Assembly (NCBI GenBank): GCA_951406725.2
Contig: OX597822.1
Span: forward strand, 86,428,001 to 86,492,000
Source: Octopus vulgaris
Lineage: Eukaryota
Direction of reading: 5' to 3'
DNA length: 64,000 nt
A program made the translations under genes and the position numbers. The notes beneath the pieces are model-generated. The model did no database searches. It was not told the DNA's origin and saw only the letters and a list, made by a program, of their open reading frames with translations. Positions 51,487 to 64,000 of this stretch are shown piece by piece; the stretch's first letter is position 1, and each line of letters starts with the position of its first letter.

Positions 51487-53504
51487 TCAGACTAAAACTC
51501 TAGAGATGTTTGTATGTAACCAAAATATCTCAGAAATAGTATATTTCATCTTAATTTTTTTTTTTGCATATTTATTTTCAAACTTACGCTTGGCAGTACA
51601 GTACAAATTTTTGTGATATTTGGACTGCTATTTAAACGATTAAACTCAATTTTTGTTTGTTATTTTATTGATGAAAAAAATGATTTCCATGACATCAGCA
51701 CACATACACACACATATAATGAATGTCATGGCATGCCAGTCAACACAAACACATATCTGTTATGTGTGACATATACACATGCATAGTCTTCGTGCTCTCT
51801 AAGAAAAAAAACGTCGACTTTTTGACGTACACAATATTTTAATCATTTAGAAATATTTTTAACTGAATGTGATTTCATCATCTAGAGTTTGTTAATTTCC
51901 ATAAAAAATTTTAATTTATTTAGTTTTGTTTTAAAGTGAAAGAGAGGAGAAAGGGAAAGATGTATGGACGTGTGTGTGTGAAAGAGAGAGAGAGAGGAAG
52001 AGAGAGAGAGAGAGAGAAAGAGAGTGAGTGAGTGAAGGGGTGTGTTGTCATGTATACGTACATACATCAATACATATGCGTACATCTTTTTTGTATGTAC
52101 ATGTGCTTGTGCGCGTGAGAGAGAGAGAGAGAGTGAATGTATGTGTTCTCATGTATGTGTAAGTGGCACTCTCTCTCACTCACTCACACACACACACATA
52201 CGTCCATTCCATATACACGTTCATACATCTTTCACTTTAAAACAAAAGTAACAGGTGATTTTTCAGGGTAAAAATTGTTAAAAAAAGCTTCTACTCATGT
52301 AAAATTTGCACCCAAAAGTTTTCAGAATTGCTGATATGGCCAGGGGGAAAAGGTTTTCAATTTAGTTGTATTTACTATAATTTCCCTTACTTTATCATTA
52401 GATATTATTAAATTTTCATAAGATTTAAGTCCTTATTTTTTTCTGTAAATCCTATTCTGACATTAAACGACTCAACTTCTGGTATGAATGTTTACATTTT
52501 GTAACTCACTAAGCAAAAAAAAAAAAAAGTTGACTTTTGACATATACACACACACACACATACTGACATAGAGAAATATCTTTTTTGTGGAGATCATTTA
52601 TAGTTTCATCATTTCAGATTTTATTCTGTTTCATTCATTTGACATTTGTAATCTCTTTGTTGTTTTGATTTAATTTTCTTAATTACATACAAAAATAAGC
52701 ACTGATCAATTATGCCATGTGGAAAGAGATGGGGATCATCGTGGTCAAGAGATGATGCCAAAAGGCGTTGGAAAGCAGCAAGGGCAAGGGACAACAGGAA
52801 ACAGCTGAGATGATGGCAGAACAACAACAGGATAAAAAAGTCACGCAACAAAGAAGGAGGCAAGGAGAGACTGAGGAAGATAGGAATGAACGTCTCCAGG
52901 ATGTAGGACAAAGAACAAATAGCAGAATACTTGCAGAAATGCCTGAGATGAGGGCTGTACAACTCTTGAACAACAGGATGAGGAAAGAATGAAGGACAGA
53001 GGGAGCAATGGAAGGAAATGGATCCGCTCTATCTGCCAATGTAGGAGTGATGAATAAAATATTCTCTTACTGTCGTGCATCCTTATTCCATGGCGAAACT
53101 GCAAATTTCTGCTGCGTGAAGGGAAGTTTGTATTGGCAATTTACAACCTTGTACCAAATGAACTTATCCATTTATACAACAGTGATGACCATCTTGCAAA
53201 AGAATTCAGAAAGAACCTCAGACAGTACAACTGCCTCTTCCAAATGACATCATTCGGTGGGAAAGAAGTTATTCCTAAAAGAAACATATAGAATCCATCC
53301 GTTGTCAGTCATGGTCAGATCCATCACTATATCGGAAGTTACAATTTTCTTCAGACATTAAATTGATTTCTATTGTTTGGATAGTTCCCATTAAATAAGT
53401 CCAGAAGTTAGCTTAAATATATATACATGCATAAGTACCAATTCTACAAACTGGCAAACAGTTCCATGAATACTTTACCAGGCAACACTGGGTAGTAAGT
53501 CTAG
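51487..53504 (+). mobile_element. Internally deleted Helitron with Rep N-terminal remnant
   Basis: VMNKIFSYCRASLFHGETANFCCVKG, EFRKNLRQYNCLFQMTSFGGKE, HGQIHHYIGS; 3' hairpin ccaggcaacactgg and terminal CTAG|t at 53501-53504; the 5' TC at 51487 is tentative. Confidence 0.75.
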
Positions 53505-53529
53505 TAAGTTATAAAAGTATGGCTGTATA

Positions 53530-53692
53530 GGCGCAGGAGTGGCTGTGTGGTAAGTAGCTTGCTAACCAACCACATGGTTCCGGGTTCAGTCCCACTGCGT
53601 GGCATCTTGGGCAAGTGTCTTCTGCTATAGCCCCGGGCTGACCAATGCCTTGTGAGTGGATTTGGTAGACGGAAACTGAAAGAAGCCTGTCG

Positions 53693-53740
<48 letters not shown>

Positions 53741-53965
53741 TGTGTGTGTGTGTTTGTGTGTCTGTGTTTGTCCCCCTAGCATTGCTTGACAACCGATGCT
53801 GGTGTGTTTACATCCTCGTCACTTAGCGGTTCGGCAAAAGAGACCGATAGAATAAGTACTGGGCTTACAAAGAATAAGTCCTGGGGTCGATTTGCTCGAC
53901 TAAAGGCGGTGCTCCAGCATGGCCGCAGTCAAGTGACTGAAACAAGTAAAAGAGTAAAGAGAGTA
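53530..53965 (+). mobile_element. SINE family A, full length, young
   Basis: Near-identical to the 10218 and 11041 copies. Confidence 0.9.
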
Positions 53966-54904
53966 TAGTTATAAAGAGTTTTGTTGACAACCATGAGGTT
54001 GTCAAGGGAGGAAAAGTCAGTTTTTATCTGTTTTATTTTACACACACACACACATACACACAGAGCGAGTTTAAAGGGATGCTCTGTGGCTGGAAGAAAT
54101 CCAAAACATTATTTTGACCCTTGATTACACCCAAAACGTACAGCATCAATGATGCTACCTTTGTAATACAAAACCTTCCAGACAAAAAGTGCCAGGAAGG
54201 AAGTTGATTTTTGGATATTGGTACAAGAAGTTATCCTATGGACCGTATCTTATCAACCTGTATCAGCAAGCTCTCAACAGGGATATTTAGCATACCACAC
54301 TGTTTAACTTTGGCAAAGACAATACTGATCCCTCAAAGTACATGCTATTGACAATGCTCAATGAAGCTGAAATACATCCAGCATTCTCACTAGCCACTGT
54401 GGGGATGATTTTCATCTTCCTTTGATATATATTGGTTTTAAATACAGCACATCCATAAGATGTTTTCTCTGGACAAATACTGTAGTAAATTTGCCTTTTA
54501 ATGATGTATTTACATTAAGTATAATATATAGATGGCTTTGGTGTATGGTGCAGAGGTTTGCTTCACAACCACATAATTACAGGTTCAGTTGCACTGTGTG
54601 GCACCTTGGGCACATATCTTCTGCTAATAGCCCCAGACCACCCAAAGCCTTGTGAATGAATTGGGTTGAGAGGAAACTAGAAGAAACCCATCATCATCAT
54701 CATCGTTTAGCGTCCGTTTTCCATATTTATGTATATGCATGTGTGTGTGTTTCCCTCACCTTGTCTTGACATTGCATGACAGTTGTAAAGGAGTGTCAAT
54801 GTCATACAAGCAGTGTCATTTATTTTCAATATTCTGCATAAACATATCCAGCCATGGGGAAATATAATACAAACTCTTAATTTAAAAATTTTCTTCTTTG
54901 GCAG

Positions 54905-55035
54905 GTTGGTGGCTTTCAATGGCACCAGAAGATACCTTCCTTAATCGACTTCGTCCTCTTGATAAATTGCTTAAATTCTTTGACAAATCAGTCAGATTTG
55001 GTACCTTTAATGAAAAGACTGTTGGATTTCTCTTG
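54905..55035 (+). CDS. Patatin-like phospholipase, coding exon 5
   Basis: ttctttggcag| acceptor, (G)WWLSMAPEDTFLNRLRPLDKLLKFFDKSVRFGTFNEKTVGFLL, donor |gtatgt; 131 nt, phase 1 to 0. Confidence 0.85.
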
Positions 55036-56239
55036 GTATGTTATTGTTTTTATATATTTGTTTTTATTGTTGTATTTAAGCAATTATTACTTTTTTTGTA
55101 AATGTTTTGGTTTCATTTTAGTCTGAGAGGATATATTTATTTAGTTTATAACTATGCCATCAAAGATGACAGCAAATAGAATTGGTATTCTATTAAATTC
55201 CTTTTAGATTGCTCATAGAGTGTGAGTGCTTAAATATATTTGTTTTCCTTTGTATGACTTATCTCAATCAATACAATAATAGAATTACTTGTGCCATTAT
55301 AAGGAATAAATAAAATTATTGTTCTTTTGCTGATAATATCTAATTTATTTGTAAAACTTCAAAATAATGTACAACCTCAAGAGATTGCAGTTTGCAGGAA
55401 CATTTCTAATCCAATCTAATGATATGACAGTGTAGAGTGTATTTGCATAATAAAAATCCCACTGAAATTTCATTGAGTCTGTTCAGAACTAATGTATCCT
55501 AGTACCACCCTTTTTCCATTCACCCCATCTCTCATTCATTATATAATGCTGCCTGTGAATCTCAAAAAGCACCAGAGATGTCTCATCTCTCTGACACCAT
55601 CCCTCCTATTTACTACATGATATTACCAGAATAACAAGGGATGGCATTGAATCTGTCAATAACCAATCCCCACTTCCACTATCCCTAATATACTACCTAT
55701 CTCCCCAATCGACACATCTATTTATGAAGGGTAAATTTGTAATCAATACACTCCACCAACTCCCTTTCTCTACTGCTGGCCACCACTGTCTGTATCCCAG
55801 GTTTTTCTAACTGTCATCCATCAATCTCTCTAATCATCATCTATCTGTTACTATCACTCAATTTTTACCCCCCCCCCCAACAGACTTTTAGCTGCCACCT
55901 CTATCTCTCTTACATTGCTTTCTCTTTCTTCCACTATTTTCTCCTACTCTGTTTCTCTCTTTATGCTCATCCTCTCTTCAGCCACTTGTCCTGGTACTAT
56001 CTGTCTCTCTCTCCAATTTATCCTTTTGGGCTCTTTGCTTTGGACAAACAAAGCCGCCTCACTGGTAGACCTGATGCCATGCTAAAACACACTTAATACA
56101 TTCTGTAAAGTGGATGACAAATAGGCAAAGACAACATAAGATCTAGAGGACACTTTAATGTGACTGAGGACTTGATGACCAGTCAGAGTAAATGGCGTTA
56201 AGTGGTTGGTATTAGGAAGTAGGTTTAAGTTATTTCTAG

Positions 56240-57400
56240 TGTTACTGAAGTCCATAAACCATATACAATTGGCCAGGATTAAATACAGGCTTTGGTAAAT
56301 ATATTGCAACTGTATCAAATGACTAACCTTAAGATTTGTTAACAGACGTAACAAATGAGGGGATAAGAGTGAAGCTGCCATCTTTACAAAGTAAAGAGTA
56401 ATGCCTTATCACTTGGTATTAAATCCATTCACTTGATTAATATATTCTCTTTTGTTGCCAGTGATAATTTCTTGAGTGATGTAGTGGATTGATGAATTGT
56501 TGATGACAGATCTAGTTCCCCTCAGCAGGATTTTTCTGGAATTGAGGTAATGTGTGAACATTATAATGGATTCAACTTTTAGGTTTGGCTTACAAGGAAG
56601 TAACCCCCAAACGAATAAGATGGTTCAGAAATTTTGGAGATAATTTACAGCTTGCACATCATCTCCAACTGCAATAGTGTTTATATTCTTATATTCTGTA
56701 ATGTCATCTGGCAACCAAGAAATTCAGAACTTTATAATTTAGTTACAGAATATCACCTTTGTTGTTTGGAGTTAGGATTATTTTCTTGAAAATGTATTCG
56801 ATACATTTATTGATTATTAAGGTTAGCAAATCCCCATTTCTGGTCTCTGCCATATCTTCATTTGATGCTTTTTTCCCAAGGTATTTCAATGATGTTTGTA
56901 TTCAATTGTTTTCATTACTTCTGGTCTTATCTCCTGTCTACAGCAACCAGTAGACAGACCATGCTGCTTGATGAGCATTTTTTACTAAGAAGAAGAAGAA
57001 ACATTCTCTTGAAGAGTTCAATGTTCCCTCATTACAGTTTTTTCAATAGAATATGTGTTATGTGTAGTGCATTCACAAAGAGCATGGATGCTTCATCTAT
57101 TATCAGGAGAGCAGTATTTTCTATTCTTTAAGAATATTCCAAGGGAATTTACACAGATAATAATGTTTTGTGGATGGATGCAAGGAAATGGAGTTTGCTT
57201 GAGCCATTGACATAGTTTATTATTAACTTCCATGTCAATAATTTGTCACCATGCCAGATAGGATTAAATTGCACAGCTTGTGACATTTTGTGATGCAAAA
57301 TTCCAACCTTGTTCCAACCATTATCTCTTATTCTTCTTTCAGCACCTGGCTAATCAAATTGTCGGCCTGGTCCATCGCAGACTTTCAATAAATTATTCTA
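56240..57400 (-). mobile_element. Helitron Pif1-like helicase remnant (pseudogenised)
   Basis: Minus strand: DGPG (Walker A start), LLIIDEASML (Walker B), GLLPCKPNLKVESIIM, VNKS*G*SFDTVAIYLPKPVFNPGQLY (TINKSQGQ...HGQLYVA-like). Confidence 0.72.
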
Positions 57401-59214
57401 TATCACAAGTCAAGTTTTGGACTTACTCAGATTTAAATGGTGTTCTTGTTCATCTGGATTTCATGGAAGTCTCTCTCAAATGGTGAAATTCCATCTACAT
57501 TCCTGAACACCATTGCCTTCTCCTCCACTGTTGGTAAATTATAACATCTTCTGTCAACAGAACAGTCTCTCTTTAAGTGTCATGCTTGTCTCTTTGAGTC
57601 TGCTCTTCTTCTTCTCCTCTTCCTCCTCATAGCATCTTGGATGCCATTGCATTAACATTTCTGGTAATTCTTATCGAAAATGGTCATAAATTCAGGGATG
57701 CATCCTATATTAGTTTCTTCTTTCATGTCCTCTTGGGCGCATATTATTAGGTGCAACGATATAATTACCTGTGTATTCTCAAACAAAAGGGACTTCAACC
57801 CAACGGTTCAGCTTTTTAAGTCTTCATTGAAGTAACCAAAAGGTCTGAGATATATTAATGGTAAATTCTCCACCAGAATCATATTTCATATTCATTTCAG
57901 AATATGTTTAGTTAGCTATATATGACATCCGGCTAACAACATTACTAACAACATATTACTAACAACATCTGCTTCCTATTCTCTTTGGCTCTTTTGAATT
58001 TCTTCCCTGTGGATCTTTAGTTTAATTTTCTAATCTTGTAACAATTCTTCATGTTTGATCCTCAATTCTTTGATTACTTTGACACTCTCAATATTCCTTA
58101 ATTCATTTCTTCTATTCTTTCTCATTCTTCTTCAGTTATTTAATTTTTTATTCATTTTACACTCTAGTTCCTGTTCTGTCTATAATTTTCTTTAATTTCC
58201 TTCCTTCCTGTCTTTCTTTCTTTTATTCTTCCTCAACTGTTGTTTAAGATCGTCTGAATCAACCTTGAGTCTCTTCAACTCCCCTCACTGCTGCTGCTAC
58301 TGTTGCATGTTTGCAATCTGATCTCTCTATAGCATTTCGGGTCCTCTACTGTTGTTGCTTGGTATTTGTCTACTTCTCTGGAATCCCTTCACCTTCCCCC
58401 ATTCGATAGTTAACTTATCTTATTCTTATTTTAAACCTGCCTTTTATACATCAGCCGTCACTTTTTACTTTCACACACACACACACACACTCAGAAACAC
58501 AGATCCTTCCACTGTCTCTCTTTAATTTCCAAGAAATAAATAAAACCGTTCTCACTCACTGTGCCATATCAATTCCAGTGGAGTAAATATTTAAATAATG
58601 AAACTGCCATAACACTCTTCTTTCTTTCTTCTTTCTCTTCATCTCTCACTTCTAATTCACATTCTCCCTCTCTCTCTCCATACTCTATCTCTCACTTCTC
58701 CTCTTCACATTAAATCTCTTCTTTTTCAGTAACCCCTCTCTAGTGATTCATTACATTCAAAAGTTTCTCACAAAATGTTAATTTACACACACACGCACGC
58801 ACTGGTGTTTTATAACAGATTAACAATTTGACTTAAGATACATGTAAGTTAAAAAAGTTTTAAAAATTAAATGAACAGATTGTGAGGCTGACCTGCTGCT
58901 TGAAATATCTGCATATCACTTCCCTCTGTTCCGAGAAAAGATATTTAAACCTTTTGGGGCCAAACATTAATCCAAATCTAATCCATGAATGACTACATTT
59001 AGGAGAGCAACCAATCCAACCTAAATCAATGTATGAATTTGCAAGTGGTGGTCATGGTGTTACACTTATGTCACACTGGTGCCATTATAAATTTTGCTGG
59101 ATTGAACTGCTTGCAAATGTTTCTGATTTACGCTGCCATGAAGAAATGGACAGAGAGAGGAACCATTTATGATAATAATTGTGTGCCTCTGTGAGACAAC
59201 AAATACCAATTGAT

Positions 59215-59375
59215 AGGTGCCAGACTGGCTGTGTGGTTAAGAAGTTTGCTTCCCAACTGCATGGTTTTCAGTTCAGTCCCACTGCATGTCACCATGGGCA
59301 AGTTTTTTCTACTATAGTCCTGGACTGACCAAAGCATTGTCAAAGGATTTGCTAGAAAGAAACTAAAAGCCCAGC
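59215..59375 (+). mobile_element. SINE family A 5' half
   Basis: tggctgtgtggttaagaagtttgc...agttcagtcccactgc; another partial copy lies at 54535-54690. Confidence 0.75.
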
Positions 59376-59388
59376 ACACCAGTGTATG

Positions 59389-59422
<34 letters not shown>

Positions 59423-59806
59423 AGTTCATGTTTCCCTCCTACTTCATGTGTCTTCATTCACTGCTCATAAGCAATATTTTTGGTAACAGTATAATTCATT
59501 TGCAGTTGACCATGAAAAGTATGTCTGGGTTTCTTCATACGTCTTGACATTTGCAGTCTTCATAAACAAAACACTCATTCACACAATGTTGCTTGTCGAA
59601 AGTTCTCCGTGCAAGCATATCTCAGCTGTTTGTTATTACCTGCCTTGAAAACAAGCATGGGTTGGTGACAGGAACAGCATCAGATCATAGGAAAATTTAC
59701 CCCAACTGGCATGGAAAAGTAGACATTAAACTGATGATGATGAGAAATGTACTTGTATATACTAATCAATGTTCTTTACTTACAAACAATGTTTTAATCT
59801 AATCAG

Positions 59807-59910
59807 TTTTCAGACGATGAACCAGAGATTATGAGGACCCATTTGGAAGACCGACTCAAAGACAATGGGTGTGGCACACTCCCTGAATACCCAGAGACCA
59901 AACTATCAAA
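59807..59910 (+). CDS. Patatin-like phospholipase, coding exon 6 (gene continues beyond window)
   Basis: ctaatcag| acceptor gives open FSDDEPEIMRTHLEDRLKDNGCGTLPEYPETKLS(K), donor AA|gtaagc; 104 nt, phase 0 to 2; no stop reached. Confidence 0.72.
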
Positions 59911-60654
59911 GTAAGCTGTTACATTCCATTTTGTAAACATTATACATCTGATTTTTACTAATACCTATCAACTTAGAGTTACCTTTTTTCTCTGACCATA
60001 GACTTTGACAAACAGAAATAGATTTACAAAGAATTTTGACCAGTATGATTTGCTTAATTCCAAAATGTGAGCTAAGGGAAGTAACTCAAATGGGTCAGTG
60101 GCATGGCTTTAGACTGTCATGGCTAGTAGGGGAGGGTTGTACTGAATGACATACATAAAAATATTCTTAATGAACTTAAATTATTCAAAAGTTCAGTTTC
60201 TTATAACAGGGAATTGTGCCTCTCTTTACAACTAGAGGGGCTGATTTATTAAGGACACACTGGAAGCATGATAAAAAGCATTGCAGTAAATTCTGTAATG
60301 CATCTGTTTATAGCTTAGTGGACAGTTTTATTTAGAAATATGAGTGTTTGTTGTAGATACTTTAGAATTAGACACTTAGCAAAAATAATAGCTTTCAGTC
60401 CTGTAATGCTCTCCCAAACACCAACCAATTATAGAATGTTCTGGGTGCTAAATTGCCTAGTACACTCTGTCGAGTGATTGGTATTAAGAAGGGCATCCAA
60501 CCATAGAAACCAGGCTAAAATGAGTGAGGCATATTCCTCAGACCAAACTTGGCAAATGGTAATTCTGAATAAGAACCGATTTGAACAGTGACTAGCTTTC
60601 TAGTTCATGTAAATATAGAAAACACATAACAATATCAACAACAACAATAATAAT

Positions 60655-60872
60655 AATCCTTTCTATTAAAGGAACAGGGCCTGAAATTTGAGGGGAAGGG
60701 GACTAGTCGATTACATCAACCCCAGTGTTTCACTGATGCTTAATTTATCAACCCTGAAAGGATGAAAGCCAAATTCAACCTTGGCAGAATTTGAATTTGG
60801 AACGTAAAGACAGACAAAATGCTGCCAAGCATTTCTCCCAGCATGCTAATGATTCTGCCACCTCACTGCCTT
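60655..60872 (-). mobile_element. SINE-like repeat (family D)
   Basis: Minus strand ggcagtgaggtggcagaatcattagcatgc...gttccaaattcaaattctgcc...ttcatcctttcagggttgataaat; related pieces at about 31520-31700 and 40545-40680. Confidence 0.65.
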
Positions 60873-60964
60873 ATTGACTAATAATGATGATGATGATGAT
60901 GATTGTCACCACTACTGATGATGATGACAACTGCAATGGTGTTGGTGATGATTTCATCATTCAT

Positions 60965-63378
60965 CATCATTCATTTAGCGTCCGTTTTCCATGCTAGCAT
61001 GGGTTGGACGGTTCAACTGGGGTCTGGGGAGCCCGAAGGCTGCACCAGGCCAGTCAGATCTGGCAGTGTTTCTACAGCTGGGTGCCCTTCCTAACGCCAA
61101 CCACTCCGAGAGTGTAGTGGGTGATTTTATGTGCCACCGACCACGCTCGGATGGTGTTTTTTTATGTGCCACCGACACAGCTGCCAGACGAGGCTGGCAG
61201 ACGGCCACGCTCGGATGGTGTTTTTATGTGCCACCGACACAGGTGCCAGATGAGGCTGGCGAACGGCCACGATCGGATGGTGTTTGTTACGTGCCCGCAG
61301 CACGGAGGCCAGTCGATGCGGTACTGGCTACGGCCACGTTCAGATGGTTTTCTTGTGTGCCACCGGCACTGGTATCACAAAGATACAAATTCCATTGATG
61401 TTCATCTATTTTGATTTGTTTTGATTGATTTTCACTTGCCTCAACAGGTCTTCACAAGTGTCACAAGAAGGAAGGTATGCACAGGTGGACTGACTACGTC
61501 CCAGGTAGGGGCCACGGGTTATGGCCTGACTAGTCTTGCCGGGTCTTCGGATGGTGTTTTTATGTGCCACCGACACAGGTGCCAGATGAGGCTGGCGAAA
61601 CGGCCACGATCGGATGGTGTTTGTTACTTGCCCACAGCACAGAGGCCAGTCGATGCGGTACTGGCTACGGCCACGTTCGGATAGTTTTCTTGTGTGCCAC
61701 CGGCACTGGTACCACAAAGATACAAATTCCATTGATGTTCATCTATTTTGATTTGTTTTGATTTTCACTTGCCTCAAAAGGTCTTCACAAGTGTCACAAG
61801 AAGGAAAGAAGGTATGCACAGGTGGACTGACTACGTCCCAGGTAGGGGCCACGGGTTATGGCCTGACTAGTCTTGCCGGGTCTTCGGATGGTGTTTTTAT
61901 GTGCCAGGTGCCAGATGAGGCTGGCGAATGGCCACGATCGGATGGTGTTTGTTATGTGCCCACAGCACGGAGGCCAGTCGATGCGGTACTGGCTACGGCC
62001 ACGTTCGGATGGTTTTCTTGTGTGCCACCGTACTGGTATCACAAAGATACAAATTCCATTGATGTTCATCTATTTTGATTTGTTTTGATTTTCACTTGCC
62101 TCAAAAGGTCTTCACAAGTGTCACAAGAAGGAAGAAAGGTATGCACAGGTGGACTGACTACCTCCCAGGTAGGGGCCACGGATTATGGCCTGACTAGTCT
62201 TGCCGGGTCTTCGGATGGTGTTTTTATGTGCCACCGACACAGGTGCCAGATGAGGCTGGCAAACGGCCACGATCGGATGGTGTTTGTTACTTGCCCATAG
62301 CACGGAGGCCAGTCGATGCGGTACTGGCTACCGCCACGTTTGGATGGTTTTCTTGTGTGCCACCGGCACCACAAAGATACAAATTCCATTGATGTTCATC
62401 TATTTTGATTTGTTTTGATTTGATTTGATTTTCACTTGCCTCAACAGGTCTTCACAAGTGTCACAAGAAGGAAGGAAAGTATGCACAGGTGGACTGACTA
62501 CGTCCCAGGTAGGGGCCACGGGTTATGGCCTGACTAGTCTTGCCGGGTCTTCGGATGGTGTTTTTATGTGCCACCGACACAGGTGCCAGATGAGGCTAGT
62601 CTTGCCGGGTCTTCGGATGGTGTTTTTATGTGCCACCGACACAGGTGCCATATGAGGCTGGCGAACGGCCACGATCAGGATGGTGTTTGTTATGTGCCCA
62701 CAGCACGGAGGCCAGTCGATGCGGTACTGGCTACGGCCACGTTCAGATGGTTTTCTTGTGTGCCACCGGCACTGGTATCACAAAGATACAAATTCCATTG
62801 ATGTTCATCTATTTTGATTTGTTTTGATTTGATTTTCACTTGTCTCAAAAGGTCTTCACAAGTGTCACAAGAAGGAAGAAAGGTATGCACAGGTGGACTG
62901 ACTACGTCCCAGGTAGGGGCCACGGGTTATGGCCTGACTAGTCTTGCCGGGTCTTCGGATGGTGTTTTTATGTGCCAACGACACAGGTGCCAGATGAGGC
63001 TGGCGAACGGCCACGATCGGATGGTGTTTGTTACGTGCCCACAGCACGGAGGCCAGTCGATGCGGTAGTGGCTACCGCCACGTTCGGATGGTTTTCTTGA
63101 TGGTGTTTTTATGTGCCAACGACACAGGTGCCAGATGAGGCTGGCGAACGGCCACGATCGGATGGTGTTTGTTACGTGCCCACAGCACAGAGGCCAGTCG
63201 ATGCGGTAGTGGCTACCGCCACGTTCGGATGGTTTTCTTGATGGTGTTTTTATGTGCCAACGACACAGGTGCCAGATGAGGCTGGCGAACGGCCACGATC
63301 GGATGGTGTTTGTTACGTGCCCACAGCACGGAGGCCAGTCGATGCGGTAGTGGCTACCGCCACGTTCGGATGGTTTCA
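60965..63378 (-). repeat. Tandemly amplified RTE-related (GAT)n-tailed repeat (~330-bp units, then 141-bp units)
   Basis: Marker gatacaaattccattgatg at 61382, 61719, 62046, 62376 and 62785; marker gatggtgtttttatgtgccaacg at 62958, 63099 and 63240; family tail at 60965-61120. Confidence 0.92.
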
Positions 63379-64000
63379 ATAAAGAAAATGGACAGCACTT
63401 ACAGTACTACTTATTTAGACATTTTACAATCTCAAACATTTCAGTGAAAATACAATTTCAAAGGAATTGTATTTCATGGATCTCTGTTCTACAATTTCTA
63501 CAATTTTATAGTTTTTAAAATAATCATGAAACTTCTACACATAGTGGTAAGTGCATTTATTAAATAAGTGTATTTATTAAACAATTGTAGCGTGGAAGGT
63601 GTTTATAAGCCATTTAAAAACAAACAAAAACCGTTAGTATACATATAAAAATGTGCGTGCGTGTGTGTGTATATATATATAGGAGAATTTGTTTTTGAAA
63701 ATACACCTGGAATTGAAAAATTGTTTCTAAATAAATTTATTTACATACATGCTAATTTCAACAATTTTTTGTTTATCAATGCTATAAACATATAAACAAA
63801 GGGATTTTAACAATTTAAAATTGCCAAGTAGAAAACATGTTCATGCTCACAAAATTCAATGACAAGGGTAGATAAAATCAAAAAATGATTGGCAAAGAAT
63901 ATAAAAAATGTAGATTATTAAAAGTTCATATCTCTCTCTATGGTTTACTACTACAAGAACACACAGGCCAAAATTAACTTTTTTACTTCGCATGCTCTTC

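Noticed and set aside
60903-63379. Many overlapping ORFs and a CRISPR-like appearance in the tandem array
   Set aside because: The units are near-identical with no unique spacers, there are no cas genes, and the context is eukaryotic; the ORFs are repeat translations.

Overview
Repeat-dense, AT-rich eukaryotic genomic DNA. The repeat repertoire of tRNA-derived SINEs, (GAT)n-tailed RTE repeats and (TA)n/(CA)n microsatellites suggests an octopus/cephalopod genome (inference). There is one host gene: a spliced + strand patatin-like phospholipase with GGGNKG, GASAG and DGG motifs, most reminiscent of the bacterial ExoU/VipD type. Six coding exons (33191-59910) join in frame via canonical GT/AG sites into about 324 aa, and the gene runs off the window. 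The rest is transposon-derived: RTE and CR1-type LINE fragments, several Penelope-like element (PLE) remnants, Helitrons, an internally deleted Chapaev3-type transposon with TIRs and TSD, and hAT, mariner and piggyBac MITEs. Hidden structure includes at least four minimal type-I hammerhead ribozyme motifs (two sense-oriented in the gene's first coding intron), a 556-bp apparently exact local duplication fused to one hammerhead-bearing terminus, a 3' tail shared by a SINE and a LINE with a covarying hairpin, several long fold-back palindromes, and a 2.4-kb nested tandem amplification of an RTE-related repeat. Most ORFs in the supplied track are spurious microsatellite or repeat translations. 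All calls were made by eye, and repeat boundaries are approximate.
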